DNA from: Octopus bimaculoides
Taxonomy: Eukaryota
Assembly: GCF_001194135.2 (NCBI RefSeq)
Contig: NC_068983.1
Location: forward strand, 159,046,146-159,110,145
DNA length: 64,000 nt
Direction: 5' to 3'
Below are positions 54,201 to 62,844 of the stretch, in pieces. The translations under genes and the position numbers were made by a program. The notes under the pieces are model-generated. The model was not told where the DNA came from and searched no databases. It worked only from the letters and a program-made list of their open reading frames with translations. How positions within the stretch are numbered: the stretch's first letter is position 1; every line of letters begins with the position of its first letter.

Positions 54201-55699
54201 AATGTCATAGAAGAAATGAAAATAGCATTTAATACTTAAGCACAAAGCTGAAATTGTGGTAGGTGCTGGGAACAAGGTATCAGAAATCAGCCTTCTTCAC
54301 TGAACACAAAATTATAGAAAAATGGAATTTCTGTTCTACTTTTTCTCATCTTTTATCTCACCTAATCCCTATTCTCTATCTCTACCTTCTGCCCTAATTA
54401 TGTCATCTAACTGCAGAGCATATTTTACTTTTGGCAAACACTCTGAGCAGTTCTTAGTCTTTTACTCATGACTATTTCTGCAGTTAAGTATGCCAGTGCA
54501 TCTGGTGCACTTAAATTTGTTTCTGTAATCAGTGTCAGGAAATGCAGAATTCTTTGAAATATTTTTTGATGCTGTAAGATATTCAATTTAAATTACATTT
54601 ACCTGTCACAAATTACATTTACCTTTATTGCATGTAGATTACGGTAATCCAATTATGTTACCTGATACAAATTGCATTTATTTTTATTGTTTGTAGATTG
54701 TTACTCGTTTGCACTAAATGTGATTATTGTTACCATGCTTAAGGTTTAATTCTATATTTTTGTTCTTTCTTTTTAAAGTAAAGCTGAGTCTTCCATTCGA
54801 GTTGTACGGATTCAACTTAACAATGGTGAGCGTGTTGTTGGTATCCGTTACCCAGAACGTCTCATTGGTGAGGTTGAGAAAGTTCTCAGAGAACATCAGC
54901 TTGTCAATCAGTTGCAGATGATGAATAACAATGTTAGTATCCTTGCTATAATTTACCATATTCTCTATGGAATTTTATTTTTCTGATACGTTACTAGATA
55001 TTTCTTTGTCATACTGTCTCTTTCTTTTTCTGTTTTTGTACTATATTTATTTTATTGATTATATATTTTTGCTTTTTGTTTCAGTCATCAACGCAGACCA
55101 ATGACACTGTTATACCAAATTTTAATTCTTCATCGAACAAGTTCATCATTGAAGCCGCCTCTCCAGTGATTCCAAAATATGTTAACAAGGCATTTACTCC
55201 ACAATTTAACATGCACTCGTTTTTCAAGCCTAATGCACGTAGTCATGTGATGCCGTCTTCAATGAGCAGAAGTTCATGTAAAGTAAGACCGATGGAACAA
55301 AATCTGGTCAATGATTCCAACAATCAGCTCATGCCATACAATAGTGCACCGGCACAACATTCCTTATCCATTGCTAGCAGTGCTACAAGTAATAATTTCA
55401 ATAAAGGAGTGTCTTGTAGTGCTATTTGCAGTAGCAGTGAGAGCAGTATTACCAGTGATCCTTACAAAATGAACATGTCCCGAAAACGGCGTTTTAACAA
55501 CTACAGTTTTGATAATTGCATTGATATGAATCGCAATTGCAAGCAACAAACTCTTGTGTCTCTTTTTGCTAAAAATACTGTCAATAGGCTGGAGAGTCCA
55601 CTAGTAACTAGCCAGCAGTGTCCAGTATGCAGCATGAATTTTGAGCTGGGCACCACTAATGATCAGATCAATGCTCATGTTGATAACTGTCTTTTGTAA
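909..55699 (+). CDS. SBNO-like: Strawberry-notch family SF2 helicase-like protein, divergent paralogue with C-terminal PIP box and UBZ4 finger; 23 exons in window, 5' part outside window
   Basis: Exons joined by hand with phase-consistent AG/GT sites (one GC donor). Family motifs recovered in order: [164 protein letters not shown]. Not confirmed as the orthologue of SBNO1 or SBNO2. Confidence 0.93.
1045..1152 (+). ncRNA. U6: U6 snRNA, full-length copy (probable retrocopy or variant), intronic and sense to the host gene
   Basis: colinear with canonical U6: ACAGAGA 1085-1091, AGC 1097-1099, ISL, T6 end; 7 differences from human U6; no TATA box at about -30. Confidence 0.93.
1153..1556 (+). mobile_element. 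full-length tRNA-derived SINE (family A) with internal (TA)/(TG) microsatellite and A tail
   Basis: A-box-like tggctgtgtgg, B-box-like ggttcagtccc, CORE-like cttgggcaagtgtcttc; near-identical copy at 39937. Confidence 0.85.
1900..2230. mobile_element. hAT (Charlie-like) MITE
   Basis: TIRs caatggttttcaac / gttgagaacccctg; perfect 8-bp TSD gggtaaat at 1892-1899 and 2231-2238. Confidence 0.88.
2462..2552 (+). CDS. SBNO-like: exon w2: [30 protein letters not shown](G)
   Basis: tttcag acceptor, gtaaat donor, phase 0 in / 1 out. Confidence 0.92.
2666..2970 (+). mobile_element. RTE-LINE 3'-end copy (ORF end + 3'UTR + (GAT)n tail)
   Basis: LTEAMTQ..LRRRPIK remnant, ttaggaagagcatccagc core, gatgatgatg tail. 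Confidence 0.75.
3232..3404. mobile_element. piggyBac-type MITE
   Basis: ttaaaccttt...agaaatatggtaacaaatggg-TTAA; same family as 21425. Confidence 0.6.
4190..4686 (+). mobile_element. RTE-LINE 3'-end copy with internal partial duplication
   Basis: 4369-4437 reads [22 protein letters not shown], followed by 3'UTR core and (GGT)n tail. Confidence 0.8.
4996..5075 (+). CDS. SBNO-like: exon w3: [26 protein letters not shown]
   Basis: cacag / gtaaat, phase 1/0. Confidence 0.93.
6469..6536 (+). CDS. SBNO-like: exon w4: [22 protein letters not shown](W)
   Basis: ttttacag / gtatat, phase 0/2. Confidence 0.88.
7509..7619 (+). CDS. SBNO-like: exon w5: [36 protein letters not shown](C)
   Basis: ttttccag / gtaagt, phase 2/2. 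Confidence 0.92.
8124..8217 (+). CDS. SBNO-like: exon w6: [31 protein letters not shown]
   Basis: ttttcag / gtaagt, phase 2/0. Confidence 0.93.
8345..8638 (+). mobile_element. RTE-LINE 3'-end copy
   Basis: tatgctgtgcttgag..gacccgtcaagc, core, (GAT)n tail. Confidence 0.75.
8821..9105 (+). mobile_element. RTE 3'-end copy interrupted by an inverted 142-bp templated insertion (8895-9036)
   Basis: + strand halves match family consensus; the middle is the reverse complement of 4517-4658. Confidence 0.85.
9345..9461 (+). CDS. SBNO-like: exon w7: [39 protein letters not shown]
   Basis: ttccag / gtaagt, phase 0/0. Confidence 0.9.
10155..10372 (+). mobile_element. RTE 3'-end copy
   Basis: gttgccagtaccgcctgactggcc, core, (GAT)n tail. 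Confidence 0.7.
10900..11125. repeat. (TCTA)n microsatellite followed by ctctctaacaca-type minisatellite
   Basis: visible tandem units. Confidence 0.85.
11450..12235 (-). mobile_element. two CORE-type SINE copies (partial about 11450-11600; longer about 11990-12235)
   Basis: shared gtactccacagacatgcatac..ttaacgtagttctca block; ccttgctcaag CORE-like motif and tRNA-like head on the minus strand; a decayed + copy at about 19505-19650. Confidence 0.6.
12691..12800 (+). mobile_element. family A SINE fragment ending in (TA)n
   Basis: gtgtcttctactatagcc..gtggattt..agacggaaac. Confidence 0.7.
13218..13306 (+). CDS. SBNO-like: exon w8: [29 protein letters not shown](S)
   Basis: tctacag / gtatac, phase 0/2. 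Confidence 0.88.
14649..14820 (+). CDS. SBNO-like: exon w9: [26 protein letters not shown]...ESLNVNE
   Basis: ttacag / gtaagt, phase 2/0. Confidence 0.94.
15066..15700. mobile_element. unclassified GC-rich insertion flanked by a 48-bp direct repeat (contains a 10-N gap)
   Basis: 15018-15065 equals 15701-15748 with 1 mismatch; internal segment about 15119-15279 repeated at about 15406-15567. Confidence 0.65.
17033..17093 (+). CDS. SBNO-like: exon w10: [20 protein letters not shown](G)
   Basis: tttcag / gtgaga, phase 0/1. Confidence 0.93.
17215..17416. mobile_element. piggyBac-type MITE (second family)
   Basis: TTAA-acctttagcatt ... aatgctgaaggg-TTAA; related fragment at about 6700-6900. Confidence 0.7.
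17659..17788 (+). CDS. SBNO-like: exon w11: [42 protein letters not shown](S), helicase motif V/VI region
   Basis: ttttgcag / gtaagt, phase 1/2. Confidence 0.95.
18700..18785 (+). CDS. SBNO-like: exon w12: [28 protein letters not shown](G)
   Basis: atttcag / gtaaat, phase 2/1. Confidence 0.93.
19003..19261 (+). mobile_element. young RTE 3'-end copy
   Basis: near-identical to 25440-25687. Confidence 0.85.
19816..19931 (+). CDS. SBNO-like: exon w13: [38 protein letters not shown]
   Basis: aatag / gtgagt, phase 1/0. Confidence 0.93.
20080..20160 (+). CDS. SBNO-like: exon w14: [27 protein letters not shown]
   Basis: ttttgcag / gtttga, phase 0/0. Confidence 0.82.
20480..21010 (-). mobile_element. 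CR1-type LINE ORF2 C-terminal remnant
   Basis: [20 protein letters not shown].. and [25 protein letters not shown] across shifted frames. Confidence 0.8.
21425..21587. mobile_element. piggyBac-type MITE
   Basis: TIR cccttttg(a/t)tatca at both ends, TTAA at 21421-21424 and 21588-21591; another left end at 37261. Confidence 0.85.
21725..21859 (+). CDS. SBNO-like: exon w15: [45 protein letters not shown]
   Basis: tactag / gtaatt, phase 0/0. Confidence 0.9.
22693..22754 (+). CDS. SBNO-like: exon w16: [20 protein letters not shown](K)
   Basis: tcacag / gtaagt, phase 0/2. Confidence 0.9.
22850..23010 (+). mobile_element. Helentron-associated (HINE/DINE-1-like) fragment
   Basis: gtttgtctgtctg..caagatatctcaagaacc..ggatttggatgaaacttt pattern. 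Confidence 0.5.
23045..23260 (+). mobile_element. RTE 3'-end copy (older)
   Basis: aagcacccagtaca..ggaaaggtatccagctgtagaaacc core, (GAT)n tail. Confidence 0.7.
23668..24250 (-). mobile_element. long RTE 3'-end copy spanning an N-gap
   Basis: (CAT)n tail at left, core, repeated gccagt subunits. Confidence 0.75.
25292..25687 (+). mobile_element. young RTE 3'-end copy with internal poly-T
   Basis: family consensus, (GAC)n tail. Confidence 0.85.
27623..27724 (+). CDS. SBNO-like: exon w17: [33 protein letters not shown](K)
   Basis: cttttag / gtaagt, phase 2/2, 102 nt. Confidence 0.9.
27960..29220 (-). mobile_element. RTE LINE APE-endonuclease remnant split by nested insertions
   Basis: [85 protein letters not shown]. 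Confidence 0.82.
28460..28684 (-). mobile_element. young tRNA-derived SINE with a Meta-domain-like core
   Basis: cctttcatcctttcggggtcgataaatcaagtaccagt on the minus strand; perfect 16-bp TSD ctctggctcatctgtt at 28444-28459 and 28685-28700. Confidence 0.85.
30106..30337 (-). mobile_element. young RTE 3'-end copy
   Basis: reverse complement of the 25521-25685 type, (GTC)n tail. Confidence 0.85.
31982..32155 (+). CDS. SBNO-like: exon w18: [15 protein letters not shown]...GGFYLSK...KNIFKVA(R)
   Basis: tttatag / gtttgt, phase 2/2. Confidence 0.92.
33170..33252 (+). CDS. SBNO-like: exon w19: [27 protein letters not shown](E)
   Basis: aattag / gtaaat, phase 2/1. Confidence 0.9.
34140..34800 (-). 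mobile_element. RTE reverse-transcriptase remnant interrupted by a 3'-end copy at about 34283-34425
   Basis: [19 protein letters not shown] and [23 protein letters not shown]. Confidence 0.75.
35035..36120 (-). mobile_element. 5'-truncated RTE LINE (RT to 3' end)
   Basis: [45 protein letters not shown], then RLYDAYV..KTWAL, KEMTS..W, short 3'UTR gcatgcatggaaaagc and (GGT)n tail. Confidence 0.82.
36609..36915 (-). mobile_element. RTE 3'-end copy
   Basis: (CAT)n tail plus core. Confidence 0.85.
37420..37618 (+). mobile_element. RTE 3'-end copy
   Basis: core plus (GAT)n tail. Confidence 0.85.
39320..39642 (+). mobile_element. RTE 3'-end copy with tandem gttgccagt..gactggc subunits
   Basis: family consensus, (GAT)n tail. 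Confidence 0.85.
39937..40374 (+). mobile_element. full-length family A SINE (internal N-gap)
   Basis: same start aggcgcaggag and same 3' half as 1153 copy; tail gtaaaagagtaaaagag. Confidence 0.85.
41635..42008 (+). mobile_element. old SINE with family-A-like head joined to RTE-type core and tail
   Basis: ccttagacaagtgtcttc..gtgaatggatttgg head; gaagggcatccagctgtagaaa..gtggatgtgaaacgatgatgatg tail. Confidence 0.6.
43014..43260 (-). mobile_element. RTE 3'-end copy (older) next to (TA)n
   Basis: catcaccatttaatgttcattttcca tail, core. Confidence 0.65.
45557..45616. repeat. 16-bp minisatellite (cactcattcatgcatc), about 3.7 copies
   Basis: direct reading. Confidence 0.9.
53193..53276 (+). CDS. 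SBNO-like: exon w20: [27 protein letters not shown](V)
   Basis: ctttttag / gttttg, phase 1/1; follows a 19,940-nt intron. Confidence 0.88.
53840..53945 (+). CDS. SBNO-like: exon w21: [34 protein letters not shown](S)
   Basis: tccttag / gtaggt, phase 1/2. Confidence 0.9.
54779..54932 (+). CDS. SBNO-like: exon w22: [51 protein letters not shown]
   Basis: ttttaaag / gttagt, phase 2/0; matches the end of the Sno C-terminal conserved region. Confidence 0.88.
55085..55699 (+). CDS. SBNO-like: terminal exon w23: S/N-rich tail with PIP box, RKRR, PIP-like motif and UBZ4 finger
   Basis: tttcag acceptor at 55084, phase 0, lies in ORF 55055..55699, ends [29 protein letters not shown]. Confidence 0.87.
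   Translation, partial: SSTQTNDTVIPNFNSSSNKFIIEAASPVIPKYVNKAFTPQFNMHSFFKPNARSHVMPSSMSRSSCKVRPMEQNLVNDSNNQLMPYNSAPAQHSLSIASSATSNNFNKGVSCSAICSSSESSITSDPYKMNMSRKRRFNNYSFDNCIDMNRNCKQQTLVSLFAKNTVNRLESPLVTSQQCPVCSMNFELGTTNDQINAHVDNCLL
55202..55225 (+). other. canonical PIP box QFNMHSFF (followed by KP)
   Basis: exact match to Q-x-x-[LIM]-x-x-[FY]-[FY] inside a low-complexity tail. Confidence 0.7.
55619..55696 (+). other. UBZ4 (RAD18-type C2HC) ubiquitin-binding zinc finger
   Basis: CPVC-x15-H-x3-C with the IN.HVD.CL signature, including the conserved Asp. Confidence 0.85.
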
Positions 55700-55813
55700 C
55701 AGGCAACTAACTCATTTTTTTTAAGTTATTCAAAATTGAAAGAAGAAAACATGAAAAAAAGGAACAGCACATTTTTTTTTGTTGATTTTTTAGTATTGAA
55801 GGAGACATACGTA

Positions 55814-55880
55814 AATAAACCTAACACTTATATAACATTAAATACTAATTTAAATTAAAAGTTTGTGTTGTTGTTTTTTT
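55814..55880 (+). terminator. candidate proximal polyadenylation signal
   Basis: AATAAA at 55814-55819 and GU/U-rich element gtttgtgttgttgttttttt at 55861-55880. Confidence 0.45.
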
Positions 55881-55896
55881 ATTTAAATATTGTGTT

Positions 55897-55945
<49 letters not shown>
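55897..55945. repeat. (GA)n microsatellite; others at about 6345 (CT), 31485 (CA), 41555 and 42960 (TA), 44893 and 51247 (TTA), 62190 (TG), 62513 (CT)
   Basis: direct reading. Confidence 0.95.
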
Positions 55946-55946
<1 letters not shown>

Positions 55947-58900
55947 AATTGCTTGCAGGGACAAATTAACCTGCTTTTTTTATAAACAAAAAATGAAAAA
56001 GGGAACACTTCTCCTGAATCTATTTCTTTTGATGTAGTGGTGTATTGTATTAGGTTACATCCTACAGTGTTTAGTGTTGTCTCCAGTTTCATATGTACAA
56101 ATTTGGTTATCTTTTCTAGAAACTTGCAGGTCAGGTCTCCTCCCCCAACACCAAATTAGAGAAATATATTTTGGTTGAGTGCTATTTGCTGCAATCCTAT
56201 AATTTGATTGTCAAAACGAGCCTGTTAATGTACAGCTGGAGGACAGACAATTGTCAGAATTGTGTATGTGTGTGTGAGATGTGCATGTATATATGAGAAT
56301 GTGTGTGTATCTATATATAATACTGGTAAACATTGGGAAGTTGACACCATGGAATTACTGATTCTGTAGCCCTCTTAATACTGCAGTATTAGTTCCAGTG
56401 TGCAAATATTAAACTTTTGCTGAGCTGATAGCTCTGTCTGTCTACTGAGCATAGGGTTGAAATGACTAATATCTGTCACCATTGCTGCATTGGCTTATTC
56501 TTACTAAATTTTCTTATTTAGGCTGTAAATGGGTACCATTTGAATCATATCCTTTTACTGTAGGAAGTAGGACTTTATTTAGTTAACATGTGTCCTCTAA
56601 GTTTGCAGTGCTGAGTTCAAGTCTTGCTTTGAGTTAAGAGAAGGTAGTTTGAAGTATTATATCAAATTACATCAATAGATATAAATAGACTATAAATCAC
56701 TTCAGTGAAGATTGCTATTTAATATCATATTAAATTTACAAGCCTCCCCCCACTTAAATTCCACAATGATAACATATTATAATTTGGTTATATATTATTT
56801 TGATATTACAAGTTTTTACTTGAGTACTGTAAATTTACATAAGTCAGTTGTTTTGTATACACACATTGTAGAGGAATGGAAATATTTAGCCACAGGTTAA
56901 CCCTGATCAAGCAAACTTATGATTGAAAATATCCTACCCATGATCCCCCCTTTTTTTTTTACAGTTATGTCTAGTACTATACTAATCCAAGGGAATCTTA
57001 TATAAAGCTGAAGTGTGATTTGAATTGATAGAAATATTAGGCAGGTTAAGTGTTTACTTGTTACTAATAAATTCTTCTATTCACTGCTAATGCTATACAC
57101 CAATCATTCTATGATTGGTCCACATTCCTCTGTTAGGGGCATAGGGCTGGTTTCCCAGTTTTTCTGGCATATATATTCCTTTCTGGACAGGAATCAAAAC
57201 CACAATCTTACAGTCATGAGCCCAACACTGTAATGACAAAGTCATTGCCTCCACACAATTATACTATACTTTACACCAGGAAAGACTAACTATTTCTAAA
57301 AATATTTTTTCTTAGTTTTGTAAATCTTAGATTCATATAAAATTGGTTCAAATTCCACTAGTTCCTGTCTTGATTGATAAACTAAATACCAGTTATGTAC
57401 ACTGGCCTTGGTACAACAGTTATTTTCTGAGACATTCCATGAAGAAGACTAATCTGAATCTATTTGGTTTCTAACATCTAAAAGTAGCTGATGGTTTTTG
57501 GTGTCAATATTTGTTTTCTATGATCTCATTGTTTTACAAATGTATCCCATTAATCCTAGTTTATTCTCTTCCTGTAAATGTTTGTTCACACCTCATTTTA
57601 TTGATAATGTAAAACTTTTGCTACAGAATAAAATATCTTTGATGTAAATGGAGAGCCTCTTCCACATCAGCAATACTAGAAAGGAAGAAAAGTATTTTGT
57701 ATTGCTGTCTATTATTGAGCTATTTCTTTTAGTCTTGGTCTTTCTCACTTCCTTTTCTGTCTCACATACACATACTTGTTTTAAAATGGAATTAGTAGAC
57801 AAACATTCAGGTTAGGTGAGAGGTTCATACACAAAGTATTGATTCTTTCAGATATTGTTTTACAGCATTTTTTATATGAAGAATACAATTAAATGAACCA
57901 CCTAAAATCTGAAATTCCATTTAATATCGAACCAGTTTCTCTTCTGTAGACTATACAGAACTTTCTAGAATCTTTAATTTAATGTTTGAAGTCTCAGTTT
58001 TTTCCCAATTTGACTAAACCATTACATTTTTCTAATTTAATCTTACGAATCTGTTGATTGCAGATGAACAAAGATACATAGTTTGTAAGTTTCATGCTGT
58101 CAATGTTATTTGAAATGAGATTTGCTTAAAGATCAGTCAAATGAGCATTCATTATTTTGCCTAACATAAAATATATTGAATTTTACATAACGAATTAGGA
58201 TGATTCTTCTGTTTCTATAAATTGACTTATTGCAGACATTAATCTTATACTTTGTTAACCTCTTCACATCCAAGTTTGGTTATTTCAATTTAGCTTTTTG
58301 TCTAACAATCTCATGTGCTGTAGCATGTTCAGATCCAAACTGACAGCAAATAAATCAACTAAGCTTAGATGTTAGCTAGAACTGCACTCTTTGTTCCCCA
58401 GAGTTTAATGATCAATAATTTGTTGGGTAGTGAGTCGAGTTTCTGTCTTTCTGATTATCATTTCAGCTGACATGGTTAGAAATAACTTCCTTGTTTCACT
58501 GAGGTTTACTCAATTTCTCGCGTCAGTGAAGTGCTTGTATGAATATTTGAAAATACGAGTATCTATTAAGATAGTTTTTGTTTATTAACTTTCAGTGAAT
58601 GAATACATTGTGTAAGCATCTAAAAATATTACTTTCAAAGACCAAACTAGTCACATATTTCCATATATCACTAAATACGAAGATCTTAGTCTTTTTTTTC
58701 TTTTTTAACATAGTTCATGGTTTTTAGAGGATATTTTACTGAGCATAGTCAGACCAAATACTTTCACACCATTTAAGTTCATTTACAAATAGAAAATAAG
58801 GATTCTTGGTCCTGCCCTGATTTCAGCAGATATATATATATGTACACCTGAACAAAGTATTTGAAGAGAAACTTTCCATCAGAAATGGATTGTCTTTATT

Positions 58901-59954
58901 TTATTCAAAACCACCTTTATTGAACAAGTATATTGTCCAATTTTCAAAATACAAAGAGCATTTAAGTTGTTAGTAACAATAATAATAAATTGAAAAACAT
59001 TCTTTTATGAATTCTGAAAATAAGATATTGAAAATATTGGCACAATAAATTTTAAATATCAATGAACAAATTGAGAGGATTTAAAACCTTTGAATTAAAA
59101 TTATAATACAAATGTTATATTTTCTTATTAGTTGCACATAACCAGTTTTCTTTTCAAAATTCAAAAAGCGTAATCTTCAGATTCAAAATGAATTGTATTT
59201 GAGACTGAAAATGGTCATTGGAGCTAATGCTTGTTCCAATTTTAATTTTTGACCACGCTCATATCATTACCTGTACATATTTGAATGACATCCTGTTAGG
59301 ATTTGAACCTTGTACTTACTTGCACTTGTGTCGGCGTTCACCCAAGATGAATTGAGCCGGTTCCAATCAGTGAATCCACAGCACCACAAACAAAATGACC
59401 ATATTCAGCGATCACGGACACCCTACGTGAAAATCGTCAACTAGTGGCGATTTGAACAACGGACACCTGATATGCGAGGACAAATACTGATTAAAGATCC
59501 GACTTGATTGTACTAGTCCCCGTTGCTAGCTTCCCACCACGCCATTACGATATCCTATTAACGTTAACAGTGCATTTGCATCCGTGGAAATGCGCTGAAA
59601 AATTAGGCGAAACTATCAACGAAATCATCCTAAGTACATGAATCACATTGAAGGAAGAAAGAGCTCTCATCGATTGTAAGCTCTCGCTGGTGGTTCAACA
59701 GCTCTAGTGTCAAAGCTGATAAAAACTGTCAAAGACTGCCATCGCATTATTTTACTCCGTATAAGGTTAATGCAGAATTGAAATAATTACTTATAGATAA
59801 TAAGCAAGATGTACTTAGCGCACGATGCTATATCGTCATCAACTCCTATGTGTGAAACGACTCAGAGAAGCACAATCAGTGTTGGTCTGGATCCATTAAC
59901 GATAACAAAGCCAACCCATGTAAAGTTTATCACCGACTACTCGTAGACCTAAGT

Positions 59955-60082
59955 ATTAGGCTGGTACTTAATATATATCGACCATAAGCGAATGAATGAC
60001 ACCTTGCAGTAGACTGGAAGGAACACCACAAGGGGCGTTGTGTCCAACGCTCTAACGATTCTGCGACTGAGCTACTTCGCTT
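59955..60082 (-). mobile_element. decayed Meta-domain-like SINE
   Basis: ctggtacttaatatatcgacc..gtccaacgctctaacgattctgc resembles the 28460 copy. Confidence 0.5.
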
Positions 60083-60298
60083 GAATGAACAGTTATGTAT
60101 ATATGTGTATATGTATACATACTTATAAATAAGTATGCATATATTTGTATATATGTATGTATGTATGTATAAAATCTCAATGATTTTATGTGAAGATATA
60201 TATGAGAACAATTTAGCATTAAACTGAAAGATCACATAATCCTTTTTTAGCTGAGTACATATTCGGTTTTGCAAAAAAAAAAAAAAAAAAAAAAAAAA

Positions 60299-60784
60299 NN
60301 NNNNNNNNNNNNNNNNNNNNNNNNNNNNNNNNNNNNNNNNNNNNNNNNNNNNNNNNNNNNNNNNNNNNNNNNNNNNNNNNNNNNNNNNNNNNNNNNNNNN
60401 NNNNNNNNNNNNNNNNNNNNNNNNNNNNNNNNNNNNNNNNNNNNNNNNNNNNNNNNNNNNNNNNNNNNNNNNNNNNNNNNNNNNNNNNNNNNNNNNNNNN
60501 NNNNNNNNNNNNNNNNNNNNNNNNNNNNNNNNNNNNNNNNNNNNNNNNNNNNNNNNNNNNNNNNNNNNNNNNNNNNNNNNNNNNNNNNNNNNNNNNNNNN
60601 NNNNNNNNNNNNNNNNNNNNNNNNNNNNNNNNNNNNNNNNNNNNNNNNNNNNNNNNNNNNNNNNNNNNNNNNNNNNNNNNNNNNNNNNNNNNNNNNNNNN
60701 NNNNNNNNNNNNNNNNNNNNNNNNNNNNNNNNNNNNNNNNNNNNNNNNNNNNNNNNNNNNNNNNNNNNNNNNNNNNNNNNNNNN
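60299..60784. other. assembly gap (others: 15280-15289, 23911-23972, 40113-40152, about 50724-50734)
   Basis: N runs. Confidence 0.99.
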
Positions 60785-62844
60785 GCGCGTCGTGTAGAGA
60801 CACAACGAAATCTTCAAATGCCGAGATATGGAATGACAGAATTCCACCCCCCCCACTCTTCTATGTTGTCTTTTCATGCTTTTCAGTCTGGTTAAACTTA
60901 TATATATATATGTGTGTGTTTGTGTCTGTGTGCACGCCCGCATCACCCCACACCACTCACACACATGGATACCTTCCTATATATGCACTCAACACTCCGC
61001 TTCTTGATATGTTCCTAATTCCTCCCCGTAGAACGGCATTCTCACGTGGCACCTAGAATTATCTTGTTCCTTTTTTTCCACCACCTTTTCTCCTTTTCGT
61101 TTTTATGATAAAGGACTAGCGTCCGAAACGTTAAGGAACTGTTCCCTTCCCTTTCAAATGCTAGACTAATAACACGTTTATTAGAATTTGTCCCTCTTGC
61201 CTTTTTCTTGTTTTTTTTTTTCATTCAGTGTATGTATGTATGATATTTCTTTGAGTTTTATCTAAATTTTTCTTAAGAGAGTTCAAGCCAGTTGCTAAGA
61301 AATCGACAAGACTTTTGAGTTAAGAGAGTTCCCGATATTTGCAAATATGTGGTTGAGTTGGTGTGTTGGTTGAACTGTCGAAGCATACATCCAAGTATGT
61401 GCATCTATTCACATAAGAATCTCAGATGGAGAACTTTTGGAACGTCTTACGAAACTTCACTAGGCTCCTAATAGATTGGATTTAAAGAAACTGTGTCATT
61501 TTCATTTGCTCTTTCTTTTTTCGTGAAACCGAGTATTTCTAAGTTTTTCTGGAAGTTTGTTGGTACATGCCCTAATACACTATGACGAGACGTACAAATA
61601 AGAACATATTGCCAGAGTACATGCGATGTATGTATGTGTGTATGTGTGTATGTCATTCAGTTTTATTTCAAGATTTTCTGCCAATAGAGAAAGAGCCGGT
61701 TTCTAACCTAGAGCTAAGGCTCCTTCAGTGAAATTTCAACATCAACAGGGTATGTATGCATGTATGTATGCATGTATATATGTATGTATGCTAATATTTT
61801 TTGCATCACGCAATTTATTTCACTCCGTTTCAAGTATGAATTATCATTATAGTTGATATTTCGACATAAATCGCTCACGACCGAATTATAATTACTTGCC
61901 TTCTGACATCAATTTCGCTTCGTTTGTTAAACTTTCATGTATGCACAACAGCAGGTTTTTCTGTGATAAGTCCAGAAAATTCAGTTATGCATTTCAGTAA
62001 TATTTTAAAGCAGAATGTTAGCTTAGCAGACAAACTAATTGGAAAAATCAGTAAAATACATTGTTTTGCGCAAATTTGTTTTCTACGACTTTAATTAAAC
62101 TTGTATAAACTGTATTTCTTGTGGACGCGCCAATGGTGGAAATGGGTTTCAAGGACTAGTAATATGCCAAGATGAGAATGCTATTGCGAAGGTGTGTGTA
62201 TATGTATGTGTGTGTATGTGTGTGTGTGTGTGTGTTTGTGTGTGTGTGTTGTGTGTGGTAAACACTAAGTCTATACCTCATGAACTCAAACTAAGGGAAC
62301 ACCTTACATACCTTCTATTTCTACCACCAATTTTAACTGTACACAAACATCTGCAAAACCAAATCTTGCATACACATACATATACGCACGTGCGCGCACG
62401 CACACACACACACACACGCCCACACCAATATACACATGCAACACTCTGGAGTATAGCCTGGGGTGTAACCATTCTATATCCTAGCATTTGGATGGAAAAT
62501 TCAGTGAGACCGTCTCTCTCTCTGTGTCTGTCTCTCTCTCTTTGTCTCTCTCTCTCTTTGTCTCTCTCTCTCCTTCACCGGAAAGCAATTTGTACACTAA
62601 CAACTCTATATTTGCAAAGCTGCTAGAAGTCTCTGTTCATGAAAATTTGCCAAAATTAGAAGGCTTAATGTCGATGTGACAATTTTAATCAACAGAATTA
62701 AGTTTGAAGAATATCCAAAGTCCAGCAATCTGAATTATGCTTAGGGCGTTTTTTCTCGAAATATTAGTTACACAAAGAATTTAGTACGGAAAGAGATGAA
62801 ACAATTTGCTTAACAAACATACGTTCTGTTTGTATTAGTTAAAT

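Noticed and set aside
59930-60964. Long ORFs of 344, 194 and 208 aa in the ORF track
   Set aside because: They are open only because they cross the 486-N gap and microsatellites.
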